Below, one piece after another: positions 27,576 to 35,984 of a DNA stretch of 49,324 bases. Within the stretch, counting starts at the first letter, position 1; every line of letters starts with the position of its first letter. The notes beneath the pieces were generated by a model. The model saw nothing but the letters and a program-made list of their open reading frames with translations, was not told the origin of the DNA and ran no database searches. The stretch spans positions 1 through 49,324 of the forward strand of contig JAKQHX010000025.1 of assembly GCA_029557815.1 (NCBI GenBank), given 5' to 3'. This DNA is from a bacterium (lineage in GTDB: Bacteria; Patescibacteriota; Saccharimonadia; Saccharimonadales; JAGQNK01). A program made the translations under genes and the position numbers.

Positions 27576-27984
27576 GCTTACCGGCCGTCGGGTGAAAGGC
27601 TTCGTAATGCGTGGCCGCGGCCTTGTCGAATTGACGGAGGCTTTGCAGGGTAACTTCAATGATATGTGTCCGATCGATGATGACATCCTTCATAAACGGG
27701 TAGAGCCGGCTGATAATAGTGTCTGTGAGGGCCGTAGCATCCTCCAGGGCGGTTTTTCGATGTCTAAGGCTATCGAATATGCTCATGAATAATTTATCGC
27801 GCTGGAAAGCTTCTAATTGTTTCTGGCTCTTGACCGTAATGCTGCCGGTCAGGTCTATCTCCTCCCGAGTGGTAAAAGTAGTCCCACAAACTACACAGGT
27901 ACGACGTCGCCATACACCGTTTGTGCGTTTCTGATGACGAGAATTCGTTACCCGCGTCTCGTTGCTGCAATATATACAAACCAT
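27562..27984 (-). CDS. nrdR: Transcriptional repressor NrdR
   Basis: CxxC..T.V..SR...RRR.CxxC...FTT.E Zn ribbon plus ATP-cone (EAFQRDKL); SD AGGAG. Confidence 0.9.
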   Translation of the reverse strand: MVCIYCSNETRVTNSRHQKRTNGVWRRRTCVVCGTTFTTREEIDLTGSITVKSQKQLEAFQRDKLFMSIFDSLRHRKTALEDATALTDTIISRLYPFMKDVIIDRTHIIEVTLQSLRQFDKAAATHYEAFHPTAGKPTRR

Positions 27985-28120
27985 TACTTGTTCTCCTTCT
28001 TCGGGAAGAGCGGCTGGAGCGGCGGATGTATTCCGCGTTCCGAGCGATGATAGCCTTTTGAGGTTATATGCTTCGCATATGAACCAAAGGCTTTATCATA
28101 AAGCAAAGCCACTGCTAACC

Positions 28121-28138
28121 ATGTCAATATATTGACAT
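28121..28138. promoter_or_regulatory. 18-bp perfect palindrome with an NrdR-box-like core
   Basis: ATGTCAATATATTGACAT; core CAATATATTG fits CwATATATwG. Confidence 0.5.
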
Positions 28139-28211
28139 CACGCTATCGAAAATACAAGTGGAAAACTTTCCTAGCATGTGGGAAAAAGTCGATCGAAGAG
28201 AAGGTCGTATG

Positions 28212-28395
28212 AAAAAACCCTAGGCGTCTCTCATAGCCTAGGGTCTTCACTCGACTCTACTTAGTAGTAAGCGCGGTGCGAGTGCGTCGTATTCGACTTA
28301 TTGATTTCGACGAGGCAGCGAATTCTTCGTAGAACAGCTGGAAGCCCTCGAGCGAACTCGAAACGGTACTCAAGTATGAGCGCCTCCCGTTTAAC
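28212..28395 (-). ncRNA. Candidate stand-alone structured small RNA (or 38-aa sORF mRNA)
   Basis: TTGACA-17-TATACT promoter (28430..28402), series of hairpins, terminator ACCCTAGGC/GCCTAGGGT plus U-tract. Confidence 0.6.
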
Positions 28396-28476
28396 CGAAC
28401 CAGTATATCGAGACTATGAAATGATGTCAATACTCTGTCAATAGCACAAGCGGTATTGTGTGGTACTATAACAGGG

Positions 28477-29556
28477 ATGAGTAATTACTTTGCATTGCTG
28501 TCTGAGAAGGACGGGATACGGTCGGGTGTCCTGAAAACTCGTGCAGGAGAAGTGCGGACACCGACTTTTATGCCTGACGGTACGCGTGGGGCGGTGAAGG
28601 GCGTAACGCCGGAGATGGTGCGTGAAACAGGGGTGCAGGTCGTGCTTGCCAACACGTACCATCTGCATTTGCAGCCCGGTGAAGATACCGTCGCAAAGCT
28701 GGGCGGACTGCACGAATTTTCCAAGCAGACGCTGCCCATGCTCACTGACTCAGGTGGCTTCCAGGTATTTTCGCTGGCCCACATTAACAAAATTACCGAA
28801 GAGGGCGTGACATTCAAGGATCCAAAGACTGGTAGTACGGTGTTTTTGTCTCCTGAAAAATCCATACAGATCCAGATGAAGCTGGGCGCAGATATGATGG
28901 TGGCCTTTGATGACGTAACGGCTCTCGATGACAAAGGGCGCAACCGGACCAAGGAGGCTTTTGACCGGACGCATCGTTGGCTCGAGCGTTCTTTGGCCGA
29001 GTTCCAGCATCTTACAAGAGACATGGATCCAGACGAGCGACCTCTGTTATTTGGTGTTGTCCAAGGTGGGCTGGACAAAGATTTGCGCAAAAAGAGCCTA
29101 GAGATTGTGCAAAGCTTACCTGTAGACGGCATTGCCATTGGCGGTCTCTCTGTCGGCGAGAGCAGGGAGGAGATGCACGACATGCTGGCATACTTGGCAC
29201 CACTGTATGATGATTCGCCGCGCCCGCGCTTTTTGCTTGGGGTGGGCGACCCGATTGATCTACGGTTTGCGATCGAGCACGGGATAGATATGCTGGACTG
29301 CGTGCTGCCGACGCGGAATGCCCGCCACGCTACTGCCTGGGTGACAGGTGATGAGAAGATCCACCTGACAAATGCTAAATATGCCGATGATACGGGGGTC
29401 ATTGATCCGGGTTGTGATTGTACGACGTGCAGGGGAGGGTACTCCAAAGGATTCCTGCGCCATCAATTCAAGGTCGGTGAAACGTTGGCAGGTACGCTGG
29501 TGTCGGTCCACAATATCCGCTACTTGCAGAGAATCTGTGAAGACTACTTATCTTAG
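28477..29556 (+). CDS. tgt: tRNA-guanine transglycosylase Tgt
   Basis: TPTFMP, LANTYHL, TDSGGFQVFS, GGLSVGE, DCVLPTR, CxCxxC Zn site, HN. Confidence 0.96.
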   Translation: MSNYFALLSEKDGIRSGVLKTRAGEVRTPTFMPDGTRGAVKGVTPEMVRETGVQVVLANTYHLHLQPGEDTVAKLGGLHEFSKQTLPMLTDSGGFQVFSLAHINKITEEGVTFKDPKTGSTVFLSPEKSIQIQMKLGADMMVAFDDVTALDDKGRNRTKEAFDRTHRWLERSLAEFQHLTRDMDPDERPLLFGVVQGGLDKDLRKKSLEIVQSLPVDGIAIGGLSVGESREEMHDMLAYLAPLYDDSPRPRFLLGVGDPIDLRFAIEHGIDMLDCVLPTRNARHATAWVTGDEKIHLTNAKYADDTGVIDPGCDCTTCRGGYSKGFLRHQFKVGETLAGTLVSVHNIRYLQRICEDYLS

Positions 29557-29584
29557 GTATGATGATATACGACGAGAGGAATAT

Positions 29585-30370
29585 ATGAAGTATGAAGCTC
29601 TAATTACTGATCTGGACGGGACGACTGTGGCGGTTGCATCTTCCGGCGAAGAAATTGATGCCGCAACCCAAGAGACTGTGGCGCGGGCGCAAGATAGGGG
29701 GGCAAAAATCGGCTGTGCGACGGGCCGTTCTTGGGAGCTTGCCAGGCCGGTTGTTAAGAAGCTAGGGCTCGCTTCCTTGTGCGTCATCGAAGGCGGTACG
29801 CGTATCATTGATCCTTTGAGCGAAGAAAGTGTTTGGGAGAAGCATCTCGATGACGGAGTATCCAACCAGATACTCCAAGAATTTAAGCGATACACTCGTG
29901 GTGGATATATCTACATGACAGGTAGCGAAGAGGAGCTGCCGCTGTCGGGGGTAAGCGAGCTTCCGCATAGCTTGCGCTATCTTTATCTTCTTGATGTTGC
30001 CCCAGATGAGGCGGAGCAGTTGATAAATGCGATAAATCTTGAGTATCAGGGGCGTGCCGTCGCACACATAACTCCTTCGTGGAGTGGTGGTAATGCAGTC
30101 GATGTGCACGTCACACATGCAGAGGCTACCAAGGAGCACGCAGTTGAAAAGTGGCGTCAGCTTGAGGGTGTGGCGCGGGAGCATCTCATCGGTATGGGGG
30201 ATAGTGGAAATGACTTACCTTTGTTCGAATCGTCAGGGTTTCGGGTGGCGACGGGTAACGCTATCCCTGCGCTCAAGGAACTCGCCGACTATGTGGCGCC
30301 AGACTGTACAGACAATGCTTTGCGTCATGTGATTGAAGAATTCTTCTTGGACGGTACCCAAAAGGCATAG
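29585..30370 (+). CDS. Cof-type HAD hydrolase
   Basis: DLDGT, ATGR, K, GDSGND motifs; start MKYEAL. Confidence 0.9.
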   Translation: MKYEALITDLDGTTVAVASSGEEIDAATQETVARAQDRGAKIGCATGRSWELARPVVKKLGLASLCVIEGGTRIIDPLSEESVWEKHLDDGVSNQILQEFKRYTRGGYIYMTGSEEELPLSGVSELPHSLRYLYLLDVAPDEAEQLINAINLEYQGRAVAHITPSWSGGNAVDVHVTHAEATKEHAVEKWRQLEGVAREHLIGMGDSGNDLPLFESSGFRVATGNAIPALKELADYVAPDCTDNALRHVIEEFFLDGTQKA

Positions 30371-30409
30371 CCTCTCGGTAATAAAAAAAACCCGGGTAGG
30401 GAGAATTTC

Positions 30410-30422
30410 TGGTGGGCGATAT
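30410..30422 (-). repeat. 13-bp duplicate of the tRNA-Val 3' end
   Basis: TGGTGGGCGATAT at 30410 and 30485. Confidence 0.75.
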
Positions 30423-30484
30423 CACTTCGTGGAATCGTCCTGTCTCACCAATACAAAAGCCGACCTTGCGGTCGACTACTGTAT

Positions 30485-30561
30485 TGGTGGGCGATATAGG
30501 ATTCGAACCTATCACCTCAGCAACGTCAATGCTGCGCTCTAGCCAAATGAGCTAATCGCCC
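30485..30561 (-). tRNA. tRNA-Val(GAC)
   Basis: Cloverleaf, stem CAGCA/TGCTG, loop TT-GAC-GT, ends ACCA. Confidence 0.95.
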
Positions 30562-30625
30562 CCGTCAACGTGTAATGTTTGGGTAGCTGATTTGCCGACA
30601 AAACAAGTTTGTTCGGCAAAAGTAT

Positions 30626-30930
30626 CTATCCAAACAAGCCGTCTCCTCTCAATTTTCCAAACAGCAACAAGTTGCCTGGTTTGAAAGATTGGTGTAGCTC
30701 CAATCGTTGATTGCCGCTGACTCGTAAACAGATACCAGCATAGCAAATAATCGGGGAAATGAAAAGATATATCATATATGGTAATGCTTGAAATGAGTTA
30801 TCCCCAAGTGGAAATGTAAGAAACACAATACTAAACTGCTAGCCATATAGTGCTAGTATGCTAAGATAAAGTAACTGGTTTGCTGGAGGCAGATCAGCAA
30901 GGCGAAGTTTTGCCGAGAGTGTTTTGACCA
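30626..30930 (-). pseudogene. Possible decayed membrane-protein gene
   Basis: Hydrophobic frame (..NQLLYLSILALYG*QFSIVFLTFP..) broken by one in-frame TAG. Confidence 0.3.
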
Positions 30931-30970
30931 AAAGTGATTGAAGTCAGTGCGAGAGTCTTCAATCACTTTT
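30930..30970. repeat. 14-bp perfect inverted repeat (hairpin)
   Basis: AAAAGTGATTGAAG-N13-CTTCAATCACTTTT. Confidence 0.8.
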
Positions 30971-31000
30971 TTATTTCACAACAGGGGTGTTATACTGTTG

Positions 31001-31170
31001 GGGAGCAATGAGGTGGCCTCACCAACCACCGAGCTTCGTAGGCGTGGCCACAGAGGTACGATAACCAATGTGACAGAAGTGAAAGATTTCGGTGGAACCG
31101 TCTTGAGAACTATCAGGACCCGAAACGCGTAAAGATTTTGGAAATGCCATTGTCTACGCGTTTTATTATT
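31001..31170 (+). promoter_or_regulatory. T-box riboswitch (Thr) upstream of thrS
   Basis: Antiterminator TTTCGG-[TGGAACC bulge]-GTCTTGA/TCAGGAC-CCGAAA; K-turn-like Stem I with ACC in its loop; terminator AAACGCGTA/TACGCGTTT; TGtTATACT promoter. Confidence 0.85.
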
Positions 31171-31185
31171 TATAAGGAGAAAAAT

Positions 31186-33039
31186 ATGAGCCAACCGGAT
31201 AACCAGCTGCACGCAATGAGACACAGTCTGGCACATATTACTGCGACGGCGGTCCAGCATCTTTGGCCTAAGGCAAAATTTGGCGTCGGTCCTGTGGTAG
31301 AGAATGGTTTTTATTACGATATAGATCTTGGTGATATAACAATTTCCGAAGACGACTTTGGGCGTATTGAAGTGGAGATGCGTAAAGTCATCGAAGCTAA
31401 CGAGCCGTTTGAACGGTTTGAGTTGCCCATAGACCAGGCGATTGCTTGGGCCAAAGAGACCAAACAACCGTATAAAGAGGAGCTGCTCAACGACCTTAAG
31501 CGTGCCGGTACGACGGTCGCTAAGGACTTGGACGCAGATGAGCTTGGTACGATTGCCGAAGGTGATGCGGCGGTAGAAAATGTGTCGTTTTACCAAAACG
31601 GTGATTTTACTGACCTCTGTCGCGGTCCGCATGTCGAAACGACTGGTAGAGTAGGGGCGTTCAAGCTCATGCGCGTGGCTGGTGCTTACTGGCGCGGTAA
31701 AGAGGGTAATCCGCAGATGCAGCGACTCTATGGTGTGGCTTTCGCGACCGAGAAGGAGTTGCGGCAGCACCTGAACATGTTGGAAGAGGCTAAGAAGCGC
31801 GACCACCGCAAACTTGGTCAAGAGTTAGATCTGTTTACATTTTCGGACTTAGTTGGGGCAGGCCTGCCGCTCTATACACCGAGAGGAACCGTGCTGATTG
31901 AAGAACTAAAAGGTGCACTGAAAGAAATCAGTCAACAGTATGGGATGCTACAAGTCTCGATTCCACATTTAGCGAAGATAGACTTATATCGGCTATCCGG
32001 ACACGCGGAGAAGTTTGAGGATGAGCTGTTTAGGGTAAGTAGCCACTACGACCAGGAGTTCGTGCTCAAGCCAGTAAACTGTCCGCACCATACCCAGATA
32101 TATGCCAGCCGACCCCGTAGTTACCGCGACCTACCTCTGAGGTATATTGAACAGACTATGCAGTACCGAGACGAAAAGCCAGGTGCTATTGGCGGACTGC
32201 AACGGACAAGAGGATTTACCGTGGACGATGGGCATACGTTCTGCCGTGTAGATCAGATTGAAGAGGAGGCGACAACTATCGCACAAATAATCCAGGAATT
32301 TTACGAGAAGCTGGGCTTATGGGGCCAGCACTGGGTGTCGTTATCTGTTCGTGATTCCGGGGCGCCGGAGAAGTATATCGGTGACTCGGATGATTGGGAC
32401 AAGGCTGAATCAATGCTTAAAGACGTTTCTGACAAGTTGGAGCTTAATGCCAAGCGTATGGAGGGCGAGGCAGCGCTCTACGGCCCAAAACTGGACTTTA
32501 TGTTCAGGGATGCTCTCGGTAGAGAGACGCAGCTGGCGACTATCCAACTGGACTTTGCCATGCCAAAACGATTCGGTCTGACGTATGTTGATTCTGACGG
32601 CGAAGAAAAAACGCCAGTGATGATTCACCGGGCAATTTTGGGATCCTTTGAACGTTTCATCATGCTTCTTATAGAGCACTTTGCTGGGAAGTTTCCCGTT
32701 TGGCTGGCACCGGAACAGATACGTTTGATTACCGTGAACCAGGAAGCTAAGACGGTAGAGTTTGCCAATAGCGTGTTTGAACAGGCTCGTGAGCTTGGCT
32801 TGCGCGTGCATCTGGATAACGATAACGAGTCTGTGGGCAAGAAAATCCGTGGCGCAGAGCTGATGAAAGTACCATACACTGTCGTGATTGGTGAAAAGGA
32901 AATAGAGTCCGGCAAGGTCGTGCCGCGTGTCCGAAGTGACATGGAAGTCCAGAAACCACACGAAGCTCACGAAGTCGACAAGTTTCTCCAGACTGTCGCC
33001 AACGAAGCAAGAAGTCGTGTTACCAAAACCTCTCTATGA
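31186..33039 (+). CDS. thrS: Threonyl-tRNA synthetase
   Basis: RHSLAH, DLCRGPH, RDHRKLG, KPVNCP, GPKLDF, HRAILGS; SD AAGGAG before ATG 31186; no N-terminal TGS domain. Confidence 0.97.
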   Translation: MSQPDNQLHAMRHSLAHITATAVQHLWPKAKFGVGPVVENGFYYDIDLGDITISEDDFGRIEVEMRKVIEANEPFERFELPIDQAIAWAKETKQPYKEELLNDLKRAGTTVAKDLDADELGTIAEGDAAVENVSFYQNGDFTDLCRGPHVETTGRVGAFKLMRVAGAYWRGKEGNPQMQRLYGVAFATEKELRQHLNMLEEAKKRDHRKLGQELDLFTFSDLVGAGLPLYTPRGTVLIEELKGALKEISQQYGMLQVSIPHLAKIDLYRLSGHAEKFEDELFRVSSHYDQEFVLKPVNCPHHTQIYASRPRSYRDLPLRYIEQTMQYRDEKPGAIGGLQRTRGFTVDDGHTFCRVDQIEEEATTIAQIIQEFYEKLGLWGQHWVSLSVRDSGAPEKYIGDSDDWDKAESMLKDVSDKLELNAKRMEGEAALYGPKLDFMFRDALGRETQLATIQLDFAMPKRFGLTYVDSDGEEKTPVMIHRAILGSFERFIMLLIEHFAGKFPVWLAPEQIRLITVNQEAKTVEFANSVFEQARELGLRVHLDNDNESVGKKIRGAELMKVPYTVVIGEKEIESGKVVPRVRSDMEVQKPHEAHEVDKFLQTVANEARSRVTKTSL

Positions 33040-33650
33040 ACCCGCAAACTATAGCCATAGATATTGATGACGTACTAGCGGATAGCACGGATGCCCTTCG
33101 AGTTTTTGTAAATCAAAAGCATGGCCGTTCGCTCCAGCGGTATCACTACATGATAAAAACGGGTACATACTGGGGATACTATGAATCGGTTTGGGAGCAA
33201 CATGATATCAACGGTGATGGAATTATTGATGAATTTCATGCACAGTATGCGACGGATCAGTCCCATGTTTTGCCAATAGCGGGTGCTGTTGAGGCGCTTC
33301 TCGTCCTGAGCGAAGCCTATCGGCTTATTGCGATCTCTTCTCGAGCCTCCGATCAGCAACAGGCGACTGAGCGCTGGATAAAGCAACGGTTCGGTGACGT
33401 TTTTTCATCGGTTGCATGCATTGATACACAAAAGAACAAAACCCTCACCAAGGGCGAAGCCTGCAAAATAGCCGGCGCAAGGTACCTCATTGATGACAAT
33501 ATTGAGCATTGTAAGAGTGCTAAGGAGTACCAAGTTCAGCCTATACTGTTCGGAAACTATGGCTGGCATGACGATAGCCAGCTAACAGATGGCGTCATTC
33601 GGTGTAAGGACTGGACCGCAGTTTTGGAGTATTTCAATGGACGCGGCTGA
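33036..33650 (+). CDS. 5'(3')-nucleotidase-like HAD protein
   Basis: AIDIDDVLAD, SSR, K, LIDD motifs. Confidence 0.85.
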   Translation: MNPQTIAIDIDDVLADSTDALRVFVNQKHGRSLQRYHYMIKTGTYWGYYESVWEQHDINGDGIIDEFHAQYATDQSHVLPIAGAVEALLVLSEAYRLIAISSRASDQQQATERWIKQRFGDVFSSVACIDTQKNKTLTKGEACKIAGARYLIDDNIEHCKSAKEYQVQPILFGNYGWHDDSQLTDGVIRCKDWTAVLEYFNGRG

Positions 33651-33954
33651 CCCTGGATTTCGTGAGCGCGTAGAGGCGCTCGTAGCCCAGATACCAAGAG
33701 GGAGAGTGATGACGTATGGACAGATAGCGGCACTATGCGGTAGTCCGCGGGCGGCAAGGATTGTCGGTGGAATTGCGCATTTTGGTAATCCCGAGTTACC
33801 ATGGCAGAGAGTGGTCAAGAAAAACGGAGCCTTGGCGGAAGGCTACCCTGGTGGGATTCCTGGTCATCAGGCTGCGCTCGAGGCGGACGGAGTTAGTTTT
33901 GACTCCAGTGGTCGAGTCAACATGCGGGAGCGATTATGGCACCTGGACCACTGA
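33637..33954 (+). CDS. Alkyltransferase-like (Atl/MGMT family) protein
   Basis: IPRGRVMTYGQIA, ARIVG, PWQRV (Trp replaces the catalytic Cys). Confidence 0.88.
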   Translation: MDAADPGFRERVEALVAQIPRGRVMTYGQIAALCGSPRAARIVGGIAHFGNPELPWQRVVKKNGALAEGYPGGIPGHQAALEADGVSFDSSGRVNMRERLWHLDH

Positions 33955-34745
33955 TAGTCATTGTGGGTCCGACGGCTAGCGGTAAGACGGCTCTCGCCAT
34001 AGAGCTAGCACAGAAGTTCGGTGGTGAGATTGTCTGTGCCGATTCTCGAACGGTGTACAGTGGCATGGATATCGGTACCGCAAAGCCTACGGCCGATGAG
34101 CGGGCAGAGGTGCGTCATCACTTGCTGGATGTTGCTAGCCCGGATGAAGCTTTTACGGCGGCGGACTTCAAGGAGCTGGCTAATGAAGCAATAAAAGATA
34201 TCGTGTCGCGTGGCCAGTTGCCCATTATGGTGGGCGGAAGTGGTTTATATATAGATGCCGTACTGTTTGACTATGGTTTTGCACCTCAGGGAGCGGCTCG
34301 CGACCCAAAAAACCCTAGGCATATGAGCAAAAGTGTGCCGCGACCGAGGAAAGACCTTCGCGACAATACGCTCATCATCGGTCTGAGTGTGCCGCGAGAG
34401 GTATTGAGGGAGCGTATAGAGGGACGCGTAGAAGCAATGATCCGGCATGGCTTGCTAGAGGAGGTGAGGCATCTACTGTCGAAATACCCAGACAGCAAAG
34501 CCCTGGATGCGCCCGGCTATAAAGCCTTCCGTGGCTACCTGGCAGGGTTGGTAAGCCTGGACGAGGCAAAGGCATCCTTCGTACGAAACGATCTGCAACT
34601 GGCAAAACGCCAACGAACGTGGTTCAAGAGAAACCCCTACAGTCACTGGTTCGATGATAGTGATGAGGCCCTGGCATTTGTAACAAAGAGCCTGATTGAC
34701 AGTAAGAAAACGGGCAAAAACAGCATCATCATACCCAACCCATAA
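33936..34745 (+). CDS. miaA: tRNA dimethylallyltransferase MiaA
   Basis: GPTASGKT, DSR.VY.GMDIGTAKP, VGGSGLY, LAKRQRTWF. Confidence 0.95.
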   Translation: MAPGPLIVIVGPTASGKTALAIELAQKFGGEIVCADSRTVYSGMDIGTAKPTADERAEVRHHLLDVASPDEAFTAADFKELANEAIKDIVSRGQLPIMVGGSGLYIDAVLFDYGFAPQGAARDPKNPRHMSKSVPRPRKDLRDNTLIIGLSVPREVLRERIEGRVEAMIRHGLLEEVRHLLSKYPDSKALDAPGYKAFRGYLAGLVSLDEAKASFVRNDLQLAKRQRTWFKRNPYSHWFDDSDEALAFVTKSLIDSKKTGKNSIIIPNP

Positions 34746-35857
34746 GACAACCCTTGCAGTATGCCGATTTGTTGCGCCAAGCTGCTGAATGCGATTGCCA
34801 GCCAGATTTCGTGGAATAACCCAAAATTACTTATTAGCGAGAGAAGGGTGGCTTTATATCGCTTGTTTCCATAGAATTCGAGGACGTAGTGCTGGTACAT
34901 AATCTTTTGGTACCGCCAGAGGCTCATATTGAGCACAAAAGCCCCGATTGCTAATGGCAGGGATCGAAGTAACCCAAAGCTAACGAACATTGTGGCGTTA
35001 ACCATAACGTCTAAAGTCGCATACTGCTGGAAGCTTAGTCTCTTTAGGTGATGGACGAACAAACCGACTACGGCTCCGACGAGACTTGCGACACTAAAGA
35101 CAATGCCCATATGTTGCGGCTCCAGACCCAATTCGATAAACCCCAAGTTAAAAACATCAGTAATTCCAGTGATGACCGCATAAATAAAGCCGGCACATAC
35201 AAAAAACGGCAACGTACGTCTGGTGATGATCCTGCGGACTGCTGCCCTAAAGTTTTTTTCTTTTGTCAGAGGATCGTGCTGTACGGATGGCTCGGTAAGC
35301 AAGCTAGCCAGCGAAAACAATACCAGATAAGCAATTACGCCAGCTACGAAAGGCAAGCGTTTGTCTATGGGGTAAAGAAGCGGCACCGTGGCTATGAATA
35401 CCGCATTTGCCACTAGGCTGAGAGATTGGGCTCTTGAGGCAATCTTCGCGTAGTCACGCTCCCTTTTGAGTACCACAAGAGAGTCGTGGACGAGTGCTTC
35501 CATTGCGCCGCTCAGAAAGGAGTAGCCTATTGCTATAACAACTGACGCAGAGAGTATGCCAGTGAAATTTTGCCCAACAATATACATAAAAGTTCCTAGA
35601 CATGCGAGCAAAGACCCGATTTGTGCGCTTTTTTTGCGACCATGTACATCAGCCCAATATCCGGTTGCCGACTCAAAGAACAGGCTCACGCCTGACGCCA
35701 GTGATGCTATAAGGCCGATTTGTGCAATGCTTAGACCGGCGGCCTGGCTGGCGTAAATAGTCGTCAATGGCAGAAATACACGCTTGGTAAATACTTTGTA
35801 TACACCAAACAAATGGATGTTCCTCTGCATACCCATTTTTGTTTCCATGCTCGTCAC
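34643..35857 (-). CDS. MFS transporter
   Basis: About 12 hydrophobic helices, motif A GYWADVHGRK, SGAMEALVHD. Confidence 0.88.
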   Translation of the reverse strand: MTSMETKMGMQRNIHLFGVYKVFTKRVFLPLTTIYASQAAGLSIAQIGLIASLASGVSLFFESATGYWADVHGRKKSAQIGSLLACLGTFMYIVGQNFTGILSASVVIAIGYSFLSGAMEALVHDSLVVLKRERDYAKIASRAQSLSLVANAVFIATVPLLYPIDKRLPFVAGVIAYLVLFSLASLLTEPSVQHDPLTKEKNFRAAVRRIITRRTLPFFVCAGFIYAVITGITDVFNLGFIELGLEPQHMGIVFSVASLVGAVVGLFVHHLKRLSFQQYATLDVMVNATMFVSFGLLRSLPLAIGAFVLNMSLWRYQKIMYQHYVLEFYGNKRYKATLLSLISNFGLFHEIWLAIAFSSLAQQIGILQGLSYGLGMMMLFLPVFLLSIRLFVTNARASSLSSNQ

Positions 35858-35984
35858 TATATGAGTATACAGGTGTAGAGCGTTTACTCAAACAGCTCCG
35901 TCCCGCCGTATATAGTAGAGTTTATCACAACATTAGTGAACAAAAATCAGATGTAATGCGTATTTCGTCTGGTACAATAAGGCT

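Noticed and set aside
28485..29447. 320-aa antisense ORF over tgt (also 30976..31821 over thrS and 25399..26082 over the GT2 gene)
   Set aside because: Antisense mirrors of well-supported genes with no recognisable motifs.
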